Positions 55,592-64,000 of a stretch of DNA of 64,000 bases are shown piece by piece (within the stretch, counting starts at the first letter, position 1; the number at the start of each line of letters is the position of its first letter). The DNA is from an uncultured Propylenella sp. (GTDB lineage: Bacteria; Pseudomonadota; Alphaproteobacteria; Rhizobiales; Afifellaceae): positions 22,594 to 86,593 of the forward strand of contig CAYTTC010000005.1 of assembly GCA_964440525.1 (NCBI GenBank). The letters are read 5' to 3'. A program made the position numbers and the translations under genes. Below the pieces are notes generated by a model. That model saw only the letters and a list, made by a program, of their open reading frames with translations. It was not told the DNA's origin and ran no database searches.

Positions 55592-56748
55592 GGCGTTGCC
55601 ACTCCGGCGGGCGTCACCCCGAGGTCGGCGATCAGCGCCTCGACCTTTCCGCGATCGGCCGCGTCGACGCCGTCAAGCGCCGAGCGGGCGGCCTCCGCAG
55701 CTGCATCCGGCCGGCCGAGAACCACGTAGGAACGGATCAGCCGGAGCCATCCCTCGACGTCGTCCGGTTCAGCTTTCAGCCGCTCGGCGAGCCCGCTCAC
55801 CATACCTTCGATCATGGCGGCCTGATCGCTAGGCGGCAAGCTTTGCGCGGCGGCGACCTCTTCGTCCGTCGGACCGGGCTCAGCGCCGTCTGGCTCGAGT
55901 CGCGCCAACGCCTCTTCGATTGCTGGGCGCCACGACGCGCCGGCGGGCGCGTCCGACAGGAGCGCCCGCAACATCTGCGCAGCCTCGTCGGACTTGCCCT
56001 CCTGCTCGGCGGCGAGCGCGAGAACGAATCGCGGACCCGGCGCGGCGGGATCTAAAGCATTCGCCGCCTCGAACGCGGCGCGCGCCTCGGCGGTCACGAT
56101 GCCGCCTTGCGACGCCAGGATCGCCTCGCCGAGCCCGCTTTGGCGCGCCGCAGTCGCGCCGAGAAGACGGATCGCTGTCCGGTAGGCCTGTTCGGCGTCC
56201 CCGGCCCGCCCGAGGCGAAGGTAGATCGGCGCGATCACATCCCAGCCACGGCCGTCTTCGGGCTTCAGCGCAAGATGCTCTTCGACCTTTGCCACCAGCA
56301 GCTCGACGTTGTCGGGAATCAGCGGCCCGGAAAGGCGCGCGGCAAGCGGCGCGCCCGGCAGGTCCGGTGCGCCGAGGCCGAGATAGAGGGCAAGCGACAG
56401 GATGGGGATGCCGAGGAGGGCGACGAGGGCAGTCGCCCGGCGGACGTTCGGACTGCCGCCGACATGCGCCGCCGCGCCGGCTTCTGCGCGCGCCTCCCCC
56501 TCCGCTTCCGCGCGTACCTCATTGTCGACCGCGATCAGGCGGCGGGCGATCTCGGCGCGCGCCGTGTCGGCTTCGCTGGCGCTGATGCGGCCCTCCGCCT
56601 TGTCGCGTTCGAGCTCGTCGAGCTGGTCGCGGTAGACGCGGCCGGCATGCGCGGCCGAAGCGCCGCCGGTCGGGGCGCGCGCCAGCGGCGCCAGAACGGC
56701 GAGAATTGCCGCGGCGGTCAGAAGCGCGATGAGAATCCAGAGCAGCAA
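55588..56748 (-). CDS. ccmI: Cytochrome c-type biogenesis protein CcmI (CycH)
   Basis: 386 aa with N-terminal [42 protein letters not shown] motif and a TPR-like C-terminus. 4-nt overlap with ccmE. Confidence 0.85.
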   Translation of the reverse strand: MLLWILIALLTAAAILAVLAPLARAPTGGASAAHAGRVYRDQLDELERDKAEGRISASEADTARAEIARRLIAVDNEVRAEAEGEARAEAGAAAHVGGSPNVRRATALVALLGIPILSLALYLGLGAPDLPGAPLAARLSGPLIPDNVELLVAKVEEHLALKPEDGRGWDVIAPIYLRLGRAGDAEQAYRTAIRLLGATAARQSGLGEAILASQGGIVTAEARAAFEAANALDPAAPGPRFVLALAAEQEGKSDEAAQMLRALLSDAPAGASWRPAIEEALARLEPDGAEPGPTDEEVAAAQSLPPSDQAAMIEGMVSGLAERLKAEPDDVEGWLRLIRSYVVLGRPDAAAEAARSALDGVDAADRGKVEALIADLGVTPAGVATP

Positions 56749-56852
56749 TTCGGCCGAAGGTCCCTTGACCAGGCCGATCTAGCCATGCCGAGGGCGTCGC
56801 GGCAATGCGATGCATCAACACGCGGCCTGCCGAAGGTCTGCGAGCGCCCGCC

Positions 56853-57302
56853 TTACCCCACGATCCGCCACACCCCATCCGGCTCGCGGCAGGCGGTGCC
56901 GCGGACGACGCGGAGGCGCCCGCCGATCCAGACATTGTGGGTGTATTCGCGGCAGTCGAGGCGGTTCACCTGATAGCCCGAGCCGACCGCGATCTCGCCG
57001 TGATTGTCGCCGGACCGGCCGCGCCAGACTGTCGGCTGCCCGGGACGGCCGTATTCGAGCGCCTCGTATTCGGCCTTGAGCGCGATCGCGCGATCCGCGT
57101 CCTCGAGCGAGCGGCCGACATCGGCGCCCGTCAGCCCGCCCTCGATCGCCCCAATCGGCGCCTCGCCGGCGCCGGCACCGACTGGGCTACCGACCACCGT
57201 GCCGGGATTGGCTCCGGGAATCGCGCCGGTCGTGATCTCAGGCTTGCCCGAGCAGCCGGCCAAAAGTAGCGCAGCCGCCGCGATGACGATCGCCCTGTTC
57301 AT
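56853..57302 (-). CDS. Surface-antigen-like lipoprotein (17-kDa antigen-like pattern)
   Basis: MNRAIVIAAAALLLAG|C lipobox, and a C-terminal ..W....G..G.I.....Y......CREY......GG......G.ACR..DG.WR pattern. ATG at 57302 follows GGGAGA. The longer track ORF was rejected. Confidence 0.7.
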   Translation of the reverse strand: MNRAIVIAAAALLLAGCSGKPEITTGAIPGANPGTVVGSPVGAGAGEAPIGAIEGGLTGADVGRSLEDADRAIALKAEYEALEYGRPGQPTVWRGRSGDNHGEIAVGSGYQVNRLDCREYTHNVWIGGRLRVVRGTACREPDGVWRIVG

Positions 57303-57408
57303 GAAATCTCCCGAACGATCCCAAGGCCGCGGTTCTTTTCGACTCGTGGCCCGCCGGAGAACCGATGGCGGAAACATCGTCGCTTGGCAATCATCCGCCG
57401 CGCGAAGC

Positions 57409-58788
57409 TCATTCACCCGCGGCGGGAAGCCGGAGCCGCGCACTGAGCCCCCCGAGGTCGGACGCCTCCAGCGTAAGCGCTCCGCCATAGACTCGCGCCA
57501 GCTCCAGCACGATCGAAAGCCCGAGGCCCGCGCCCGGCTTCGTCTCGTCGAGGCGGCCGCCGCGCGACAGCGCCGCCGCGCGGTGTTCAGGCGGCAGCCC
57601 CGGCCCGTCGTCGTCGATGGCGAGTGTGATGAACGGGCGGCGCCCGCTGTCGTCGCGCGCTGCAGAGATACGAACGTGCGATTTCGCCCATTTGCAGGCA
57701 TTGTCGAGGAGGTTCCCGGCCATTTCCTCGAAATCCTGTTTTTCGCCGCGGAAACGCAGCCCCGGCGGCAAGTCGATCGCGATCGCGAGGCCGCGCGCCT
57801 GATGCACCTTTTCCATCACGCGCGCGAGCGCCGCGATGGCCGGCTCGATCGGCGTCACCGCGCCGAGCACGTTCGCTTGTGCGGCGATGCGCGCGCGGTT
57901 CAGGTGATGCTCGACCTGGCTCCGCATGATCTCCGTTTGCTCGGCGACCTTCGCCGCCAGCGGTTCGTGCGAACGCGCCGTCTCGTTCTGCAGGACGGCG
58001 AGCGGGGTCTTCAGCGCATGCGCGAGATTGCCGACATGGGTGCGCGCACGCTCGATGATCTCGCGGTTGGTATCGATCAGGGCATTCAGGTCATGCACCA
58101 GCGGCTCGATTTCGCTTGGGTAATCGCCCTCGAGGTGCTGAATGTCGCCCTCGCGGATTTTTCGCAAATCGCCGCTCACCTGGCGGAGCGGTCGCAATCC
58201 CCAGCGCATCAGGAGCGCGATACCGATGGCGATGAGCACGGCAAGCCCGCCGAGCCACCAGACGACGGAGTTGCGGAAGCTGCCGACATCGCTGACCATC
58301 GGGTCGGTGTCGCCGGCGACGAGGAGCGCGAAAGTGTGCCCGGGCGCCAGCGTGACAAGTTGTTCGAGGGCGCGCAGCTCGCGCCCGCCGCTGGCTAGTA
58401 TCGTGAAGGTGCGTGAGGAATTTTCGGCGGTTGGGAAATCCTTGACCGGCAGGATGTCGAATTGCAGCGACGGCGACCAGTCGATGACCTCGGTGGTCAC
58501 CGGATCGCGGGTCTGCCAGTACCAGCCGGAAAGCGGGCGCGAAAAGCTTCCACCGCTTTGCCCTTCCACTGCGTTTTCGTCGACCTCGCCGTTCAGATCG
58601 GTGGCAGCGATCAGCGTCAGCAGCAGCGTTTCGAGGCGCGCGTCGAAATTCCGTTCCACCGCATTGGAGAACTGAAAGATGAACACGGCGCCCGCGACGA
58701 TCAGCGCAAGGGCGCTCCCCCCGGCGGCGATCAGCGCGACGCGGAGCGAGAGTGATCTAGTCCACATGCCCCCTCGAACCCGGATCAA
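57409..58788 (-). CDS. Sensor histidine kinase (HAMP-HisKA-HATPase)
   Basis: H-box VGNLAHALKTPLAVL and GAGLGLSIV. TTG at 58788 overlaps the regulator stop by 4 nt; alternative ATG at 58767. Confidence 0.85.
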   Translation of the reverse strand: MIRVRGGMWTRSLSLRVALIAAGGSALALIVAGAVFIFQFSNAVERNFDARLETLLLTLIAATDLNGEVDENAVEGQSGGSFSRPLSGWYWQTRDPVTTEVIDWSPSLQFDILPVKDFPTAENSSRTFTILASGGRELRALEQLVTLAPGHTFALLVAGDTDPMVSDVGSFRNSVVWWLGGLAVLIAIGIALLMRWGLRPLRQVSGDLRKIREGDIQHLEGDYPSEIEPLVHDLNALIDTNREIIERARTHVGNLAHALKTPLAVLQNETARSHEPLAAKVAEQTEIMRSQVEHHLNRARIAAQANVLGAVTPIEPAIAALARVMEKVHQARGLAIAIDLPPGLRFRGEKQDFEEMAGNLLDNACKWAKSHVRISAARDDSGRRPFITLAIDDDGPGLPPEHRAAALSRGGRLDETKPGAGLGLSIVLELARVYGGALTLEASDLGGLSARLRLPAAGE

Positions 58789-59474
58789 CCGGAACCGGGG
58801 TCGGCCGAACCTGGATCGGTCGGCCCGATCCGATAACCCATGCCGCGCACGGTTTCGATCAGATCGACGCCGAGCTTTTTTCTGAGCCGGCCGACGAACA
58901 CTTCGATCGTGTTGGAATCGCGGTCGAAGTCCTGATCGTAGAGATGCTCGGTGAGCTCGGTGCGGGAAATCACTTTGCCGGGATGGTGCATCAGATATTC
59001 GAGCACCTTGTATTCATGCGCGGTGAGCTTGACCGGAGCGCCGCCGACCGTCACCCGGTTCGCCTTCAGATCGAGGCGCACGGCTCCAGAGCTGATCGTA
59101 TTCGACGCGTGCCCGGCGGCGCGCCGCACCAGCGCCCTGACACGCGCCAGCACCTCCTCGATATGAAATGGTTTTGCGACGTAATCGTCGGCGCCCGTAT
59201 CGATCCCCTGCACCTTGTCGGACCAGCGGTCGCGCGCGGTTAAGAGCAGCACGGGCATCGTGCGCCCGTCGCGGCGCCACTGCTCCAGCACGCTGAGCCC
59301 GTCGAGCCGCGGCAGGCCGATGTCGAGAACCACGGCGTCATAGGGCTCGGTATCGCCGAGGAAGTGTCCCTCCTCGCCGTTGAATGCGTAGTCGACGATG
59401 TAACCGGCGTCGCGCAGCGCCTGGCTCAGCTGCTTGTTCAGGTCCCGGTCGTCCTCGACAACGAGTATGCGCAT
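58785..59474 (-). CDS. OmpR-family response regulator
   Basis: MRILVVEDD receiver plus winged helix (..IEVFVGRLRKKLG...TVRGMGY). Confidence 0.9.
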   Translation of the reverse strand: MRILVVEDDRDLNKQLSQALRDAGYIVDYAFNGEEGHFLGDTEPYDAVVLDIGLPRLDGLSVLEQWRRDGRTMPVLLLTARDRWSDKVQGIDTGADDYVAKPFHIEEVLARVRALVRRAAGHASNTISSGAVRLDLKANRVTVGGAPVKLTAHEYKVLEYLMHHPGKVISRTELTEHLYDQDFDRDSNTIEVFVGRLRKKLGVDLIETVRGMGYRIGPTDPGSADPGSG

Positions 59475-59507
59475 TCCTCTCCCCGCCCTCTCCGTGCATG
59501 GCTCCGC

Positions 59508-59789
59508 TCAGTTGGCGGGAATGCTGACCGAAGTCACCTGCCCGTCCTGAAGGACTTGCACCACGTAGACGAAACCGCCGCCCGACTGGCAGAGTTGTGG
59601 GTCGCCGGCTAGCTGGTTGGGAGAGATCCCGGCGCGGCGAATGGCCTCGGGAAAGGGAACCGCCTGCCCCTGCTCCAGGAGTTGCCGCGCTTCCTGGCCG
59701 GAAACGCAGCTTTGCGCCAGGCTTGGCGACGGCGCGCCGGCCGTGGCGAGGAAAAGCGCCACGATCGCGATGACGGGGAGCTGGCACAT
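59508..59789 (-). CDS. Small secreted PepSY-like protein
   Basis: Signal peptide MCQLPVIAIVALFLATAGAPSPSLA, then ..A..IL....G.V..V.L......Y.V.VL..G.V..V.I.A-like pattern. Immediately upstream of the two-component pair. Confidence 0.55.
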   Translation of the reverse strand: MCQLPVIAIVALFLATAGAPSPSLAQSCVSGQEARQLLEQGQAVPFPEAIRRAGISPNQLAGDPQLCQSGGGFVYVVQVLQDGQVTSVSIPAN

Positions 59790-59911
59790 GCCGGCTCGAT
59801 ACACCCGTTCGAATGAACCGCCGCTGAACGGCATGAGCCGCCATTTCTCCCGGTTGAGGCTCCCGGTGAGAGCGGACGGTAGAGCCTCCGTCCGCCGCCG
59901 TCCACCGCAGC

Positions 59912-60094
59912 TCAGCTCCTTTGGCCGACCGCGGTCGTGGTCACCGAGCGCAGCACCATGTTGGCGAGTCCGACGCCGGTGACGATCCATCCCGCCGACG
60001 AGCTCGCCCCGAGCACATCGGTCCAGTTCGTGGCCTGTGCGACGCCTAGAAACGCCACTGCCGCATTCAGCCCGAGGGTTCTCCAGCCTTTCAT
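59912..60094 (-). CDS. 60-aa two-helix membrane protein (holin-like)
   Basis: MKGWRTLGLNAAVAFLGVAQATNWTDVLGASSSAGWIVTGVGLANMVLRS.. The ATG at 60094 follows AGGAGA and lies 20 nt after the hydrolase stop. Confidence 0.5.
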   Translation of the reverse strand: MKGWRTLGLNAAVAFLGVAQATNWTDVLGASSSAGWIVTGVGLANMVLRSVTTTAVGQRS

Positions 60095-60113
60095 GTCCTT
60101 CTCCTTTGCTTTT

Positions 60114-60848
60114 TCATGCTTCGTTGGTCGAAAAAGAGCCCGCCCCCGCGACCACGGTCGCGCCGCCCTCCGGCGTCGGCGCGGTTGCCGGCCAGCGGGC
60201 GCCGAGGAGCCGCGTCTTGGCGACGCGGGCGATCGATACGGAATCCGATTGGTTGCCGCCGAGGACATGGAACGCAGCCGCATCCTCGCCGGCATAGAAG
60301 CCGACATGGCCCTGTGCGCTTGATCGCGACCCGCGCCAGAAAACCATGATCGCGCCGAGTGTCGGTGCGACCGCGACGCCGAAGCGGAGCCAATTGCGCG
60401 CGCCGAGCGGGTTTGAGGGCAGCGGCTCGTCCGGCAGGGCAGTGGCGATGCAATGGGCGGTGAAGAGCCCGCACCAGGCGGTTGAATCGTGCTGATAGGC
60501 GAGCCCGAACCGCTTCGCCCAGCGGAGGATTGTCGGATTGTCGGCGCGTCCCGCCCCTTCCTTCGTGCCCTTCAACCTCAACGCTTCCTCGTACCAGGGG
60601 ATCGCGGACGCGCTCCCCTCTCCCCTTGCGGGAGAGGGTGGCGTCCGGCCTTGGCCGGATGCCGGGTGAGGGAGAGCGCCCGCCAGCGCCGCGCCGGTCT
60701 GCGGTCCGGCAAGGCCGTCCGGCGCGAGGCCGTTCGCGGCCTGAAACGCCTTGATGGCGCGGATGGTGAGACGTCCCCGGACGCCGTCGAGCGGGCCCGG
60801 ATCGAAGCCGAGCGCGGCGAGCCGCCGCTGGATCTCCAGTGTCGTCAA
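60114..60848 (-). CDS. PG_binding_1 plus TIGR02594-like (CHAP/NlpC-like) cell-wall hydrolase
   Basis: N-terminus IQRRLAALGFDPGPLDGV.G..T..AIKAFQ...GL..DG..GP.T. The C-terminus has WC(G)LF...HVGFY.. pattern with conserved Cys and His. No signal peptide. Confidence 0.8.
   Translation of the reverse strand: MTTLEIQRRLAALGFDPGPLDGVRGRLTIRAIKAFQAANGLAPDGLAGPQTGAALAGALPHPASGQGRTPPSPARGEGSASAIPWYEEALRLKGTKEGAGRADNPTILRWAKRFGLAYQHDSTAWCGLFTAHCIATALPDEPLPSNPLGARNWLRFGVAVAPTLGAIMVFWRGSRSSAQGHVGFYAGEDAAAFHVLGGNQSDSVSIARVAKTRLLGARWPATAPTPEGGATVVAGAGSFSTNEA
60616..60659. repeat. Hairpin-rich REP-like element lying in frame inside the hydrolase linker
   Basis: CCCTCTCCC-CTTGC-GGGAGAGGG (60616-60638) followed by TCCGGCC-TTG-GCCGGA (60643-60659). 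The opposite-strand reading SPLPLRERV.. is a translation I recall from intergenic repeats in Rhizobiales. Confidence 0.55.
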
Positions 60849-60951
60849 GGTCGTCTCCTTTGATCGTGCTGACCGGCTTCGCCGCTATCGGCCGGGCGAC
60901 CTCACCAGTGCGGGCATGCTTCAGGTTGAGGAGGAATCCGTTCTGATATAG

Positions 60952-61150
60952 TTGAGGCCCATCACTGGGAGAGCGGGCCCGATGGACGTGGCGGTCTCAG
61001 ACCGAATGGTGCGTAACGGCCGGCCGTATTTCGGTGGATTGCACGACAGCTTTTTCGAGCTGCTGCCCTTTCTCCCGGCAGGCCGAATGCTCGATGTGGG
61101 CGCCGCCGTCGGCCACTTCACCACCGTCATGCGGAGGTTCAGCCCGACCT
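60952..61150 (+). pseudogene. Possible 5' fragment of an FkbM-type methyltransferase gene
   Basis: MVRNGRPYFGGLHDSFFELLPFLPAGRMLDVGAAVGHFTTVMRRFSP parallels the N-terminus of the intact FkbM gene (IIQNGRAAFGYLEHSIYSWLPDRPPGLIVDAGAAAGYMTLAALKNSP). Similarity stops where the convergent 440-aa gene ends. Confidence 0.4.
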
Positions 61151-62472
61151 CACCGGTGCGCCAAATAGGCTTCGATCTCGGTCTGCATCGCGACCGCCAT
61201 TTTTCCCCACTTCTCGGCCCAGAGTCGCAGATACGAGATGTGCCGGACACGTTCGTCGGGGTCGTCGGCGCCAAGCCATGGACGCCGCTCGATAGAGAGC
61301 CACTCAGGATTGCTCTTCCGATCTGCGAAGAGCGGCAGGCTCCGGGCAAGGTAGTCCGCCGCCGTGCTGACATTGTAGAGAGCGGTATCGCGGTCGTCGG
61401 AAATTCTCTCGCACAAGTCTGGATGCGCCTCGCAGCCAAGGCGCACCGCCTTCACTAAGCCCGCCAGGCTGGTGGCTTTGAAGCCGAATGGAATCTCATG
61501 CGGCTCGCCTTTCCCGCTGTCGTCGAGCCTGACAAACACCAATGGTCGGCGGGTAGAGATCGAGAACGTTATGGCGGAGGACGAGCTGTCGGTTACGCAT
61601 ACTGCTGCTTCGCGCTGAAAATCGGCGCCTGTTGCGGTGAGATCAAGAACCAGCCGACCATCGTGCCGCAATTCGCTGACCAGGCCTCGCCCAAACTCCA
61701 CGTCCTGCGACGTCGGGTACGGCCGAAAAGCAATGCGATAGTCCGGCAGATGCTGAAGCAGAGCGGCGAGAATTTTCGCTGGGTCGGGCTTCAAACGTGC
61801 AGCGGCCGCACCGCTGAAGGTGGGCGAATAAATAACGACTCCAAGTCGACCCTGGCGCCCGCCGAGCACCCGCTCCGAATACTCGATCTTCGGATAGCCA
61901 GCGGGAACAATGTCCAGCTTGGGACGCCGATCGCCCAAGAACGCCGGGGGGTAGACGCCGCCGACGAAGGAATAGTTCTCGGCGGTCCAGTGTTTCGGCT
62001 TCTGCCGGACCGCGACCGCAAGATAGTCGAGCGAGCGTATTATCGTCGGAACACGTTGGACGAATCCCTTGTAGTTGACCGAAACCCCGGCGGCGGACAG
62101 CCCCGCGTCAGGGATCGAATGCACGATGCCAACTGTCGCGGCTCCTTGCGGAGCCACATCGTTCGTGACCTCGGAGGAAAAGAAAACGTCGATGCCGCGC
62201 AGAGCTCGGATGTCCTCACGCGTGAGGAGAGCTAGCGGCAGGTCTTCATATCCGACCCGCTCCGAGTCCGTGAGCGTGGGCGCCTGCCCGCAAACGATGA
62301 TCGGAAGGTACCCATGGTCCATGATCGCCCTGCCGAGGGCAAGATGGGTTCCAAGCCTGGGTTGCGTCTCCGCGAAGAGAAGGGCCGCTATTCTGCTTCC
62401 CTTCCGGGCGATCTCGGCCTTGAGCCACTTGGCATCGCGAAAATTCATGACTGGGCTTTGGCTCACGGACAC
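61150..62472 (-). CDS. Glycerophosphotransferase (TagB/TagF)-like polysaccharide biosynthesis protein
   Basis: 440-aa ORF. VVIYSPTFSG resembles the (I/L)YAPT(F/W)R motif. AAVCVTDSSSSAITFSISTRRPLVF resembles the LITDYSS..FD....KP(I/V)IF motif. Confidence 0.5.
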   Translation of the reverse strand: MSVSQSPVMNFRDAKWLKAEIARKGSRIAALLFAETQPRLGTHLALGRAIMDHGYLPIIVCGQAPTLTDSERVGYEDLPLALLTREDIRALRGIDVFFSSEVTNDVAPQGAATVGIVHSIPDAGLSAAGVSVNYKGFVQRVPTIIRSLDYLAVAVRQKPKHWTAENYSFVGGVYPPAFLGDRRPKLDIVPAGYPKIEYSERVLGGRQGRLGVVIYSPTFSGAAAARLKPDPAKILAALLQHLPDYRIAFRPYPTSQDVEFGRGLVSELRHDGRLVLDLTATGADFQREAAVCVTDSSSSAITFSISTRRPLVFVRLDDSGKGEPHEIPFGFKATSLAGLVKAVRLGCEAHPDLCERISDDRDTALYNVSTAADYLARSLPLFADRKSNPEWLSIERRPWLGADDPDERVRHISYLRLWAEKWGKMAVAMQTEIEAYLAHR

Positions 62473-62614
62473 AAGCCGACGTCAAGTCCATGCGCCCTCA
62501 GGATCACGAATGCCTCGCGGTGCTATCCGGCGGTCGGACCTCATAGGTTCTCAGTAAGGAAAATGCTTGGCGAGGTTGCGGCGGTCGACCAAGCAGGCTA
62601 ATCCGCCAACGGTA

Positions 62615-63424
62615 ATGCGTCGCATCATCCAAAACGGCCGTGCGGCTTTCGGGTACCTGGAGCACAGCATCTATTCCTGGCTCCCGGACCGACCCCCGGG
62701 CTTGATCGTTGATGCCGGCGCCGCGGCCGGCTATATGACGCTCGCGGCGCTGAAGAACAGCCCGCAGAGTCGCGCGATCGCCTTCGAGCCATTCCCCGGC
62801 AACTGGCCGCACCTTGACAAGAATCTGGGCGGCCGCGGCAACGTCACCATTGTCAAGGCAGCGCTCTCCGATCACGTCGGAGAGGCTGATTTCTATGTGA
62901 AATCGACAGTCTCGCCCGAGCAGAACTGGAACGGCATGCCGGGCTATTCTTCGGTCGGCCGTATCGTGGAGAAGATTGCTGATCCGGGGAAGACAATTCG
63001 TGTGCCGACTACTACTATCGACACGCACGTTTCTGAGCCGGCGCTGTTCCTGAAAATCGATGTGCAAGGGCACGAGCTGCAGGTGCTGAAAGGAGCAATC
63101 CGAACGTTCGAGCGGGGCGTCACCGCCGCGCTCATCGAGTACAAGGGCGACCCGGCGATCCTCGAGTTTCTCTTTGCGCGTGGCTTCGCGGTCTATGACA
63201 GCCCCTATCTGCTGGTGCCTTCACCTGCACTCACCGCTCCACCCGATCTTTCGGGCTGGGAGATCGTGAAGACGGGCACGTCGTCGACCGGACACCCCGT
63301 GAAGTCAGCATGGCCACTGCGTCACGCATCGGACCCAGCGGAGTTCTGTGCGCAGTTCCGGTCCGTGCGCGGCGTGTCGATCTGGACCGACCTGATTGCG
63401 ATCGCGCGGGGAGTTGAAGCATGA
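62615..63424 (+). CDS. FkbM-family SAM-dependent methyltransferase
   Basis: IVDAGAAAGYMT, AFEPFPGNW, ALSDHVGEADFY and LKIDVQGHELQVLKGA motifs. ATG at 62615 is preferred over 62567. Confidence 0.8.
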   Translation: MRRIIQNGRAAFGYLEHSIYSWLPDRPPGLIVDAGAAAGYMTLAALKNSPQSRAIAFEPFPGNWPHLDKNLGGRGNVTIVKAALSDHVGEADFYVKSTVSPEQNWNGMPGYSSVGRIVEKIADPGKTIRVPTTTIDTHVSEPALFLKIDVQGHELQVLKGAIRTFERGVTAALIEYKGDPAILEFLFARGFAVYDSPYLLVPSPALTAPPDLSGWEIVKTGTSSTGHPVKSAWPLRHASDPAEFCAQFRSVRGVSIWTDLIAIARGVEA

Positions 63425-64000
63425 CGATCAACCCGGCACTCAGGAAACGAATCGAAGCGCAGAAATGGTTTCACGCTATCGACTTCGGCGAATTTTCAGT
63501 GCCGTCCTTCGTAGCGAGGCCCGGCGTGCCTCCGAACGGTCACCTCTATCCAGCCTTCCAGTTCTTCTCCGAGATGTCTCTTGCAGAGCACCGCTGTCTC
63601 GACATGGGCACCTTCGACGGGCTCACCGCCTTTGTGCTCGACCGCATGGGCGCGGGCCGTGTCGACGCGACGTGCCAGCATGACCTGAAGCGCTTTCGCC
63701 TCGCCAAGGAAGCGCTGCAGGCCGACCGCGTCGTCTACCATCCGCAGACGCAGATCGAGGAGCTGATCGACCGCTTCGGCGAGGGCTCGTTCGACTTGGT
63801 GGTTCTCACTGTCGCCCTGCACCATCTTATGCTGCCGCAGGAGGGGCTATTCATCTGCAGGCGATTGTTGAAGCGGAACGGCCTCTTTGTGCCCGAGGCG
63901 GGCGTCTTCGCCGACCCGGAACCGGTCGTCTACCTGAACCCAGAGTTGGAGCACCCGATCTATGGGTGCCCCACCGTCTGGATCCCGAGCGCCACAGGGC
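63421..64000 (+). CDS. Class I methyltransferase-like protein (5' partial, runs off window)
   Basis: ATGA overlap with the FkbM stop. My translation (MTINPALRKRIEAQKWFHAIDFGEF...CLDMGTFDGLTAF...FDLVVLTVALHHL...LKRNGLF) is open to nt 64000. The KWFH.IDF start is typical of DUF1698/TIGR04290-like methyltransferases. Not in the ORF track because no stop is reached. Confidence 0.55.
   Translation, partial: MTINPALRKRIEAQKWFHAIDFGEFSVPSFVARPGVPPNGHLYPAFQFFSEMSLAEHRCLDMGTFDGLTAFVLDRMGAGRVDATCQHDLKRFRLAKEALQADRVVYHPQTQIEELIDRFGEGSFDLVVLTVALHHLMLPQEGLFICRRLLKRNGLFVPEAGVFADPEPVVYLNPELEHPIYGCPTVWIPSATG

Noticed and set aside
60921-61458. Full-length ORFs 60921..61439(-) and 60952..61458(+)
   Set aside because: The minus ORF is low-complexity and has no motif. 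Only the first ~65 codons of the plus ORF resemble FkbM, and the remainder is antisense to the 440-aa gene.
1-64000. tRNA, rRNA or tmRNA genes, and integrase or transposase genes
   Set aside because: Intergenic regions were read on both strands. I saw no cloverleaf-compatible sequence, rRNA-like stretch or recombinase motif. Absence is by eye only and should be confirmed with tRNAscan/Infernal and HMM searches.

Overview
GC-rich chromosomal segment (about mid-60s % GC by eye). It is probably from an alphaproteobacterium of the Hyphomicrobiales/Rhizobiales type. That placement is an inference from ccmI-ccmE...degP-two-component-glnE synteny, a DUF1127 gene and the REP-like repeat families. All calls rest on motif recall from the supplied translations and manual reading of the DNA; no searches were run.

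Content, left to right:
1. A urate/xanthine catabolic cluster (puuE; puuD-guaD-xdhC-xdhB-xdhA-hiuH on the minus strand; uraD), interrupted by xylBA and a higBA module.
2. Two diverged heterotetrameric sarcosine-oxidase operons (soxBDAG), arranged convergently around a parDE module.
3. ogt, then a small accessory patch: a hyper-acidic repeat protein, a signal-less PGRP amidase, a duplicated 3' fragment of fhs and a low-GC lipoprotein gene.
4. C1/methylamine genes: fhs, a GlxA/AraC regulator, a dimethylglycine-dehydrogenase-like enzyme, FAD oxidases and folD. Among them sit an orphan Phd antitoxin, a frameshifted pseudogene and a mazEF-like module.
5. Housekeeping genes: NUDIX, LysR, DUF1127, pepN, a PleC-like kinase, glnE, two OmpR/HK pairs, degP, ccmE and ccmI.
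6. A cell-wall hydrolase/holin-like pair and the start of a polysaccharide-modification cluster.

Most notable observations:
- The expected ccmF-ccmH genes between ccmE and degP appear to be replaced by a lower-GC two-gene overlapping cassette (a MazF/PemK-fold-like protein plus an unrecognisable small partner). A decayed ccmF 5' remnant is left behind.
- A ~305-nt diverged duplicate of the fhs 3' end brackets an orphan lipoprotein gene.
- Two REP-like palindromic families always occur as head-to-head pairs, including inside operons and in frame inside coding sequence.

Many long ORFs in the track are antisense shadows of real genes and were rejected.
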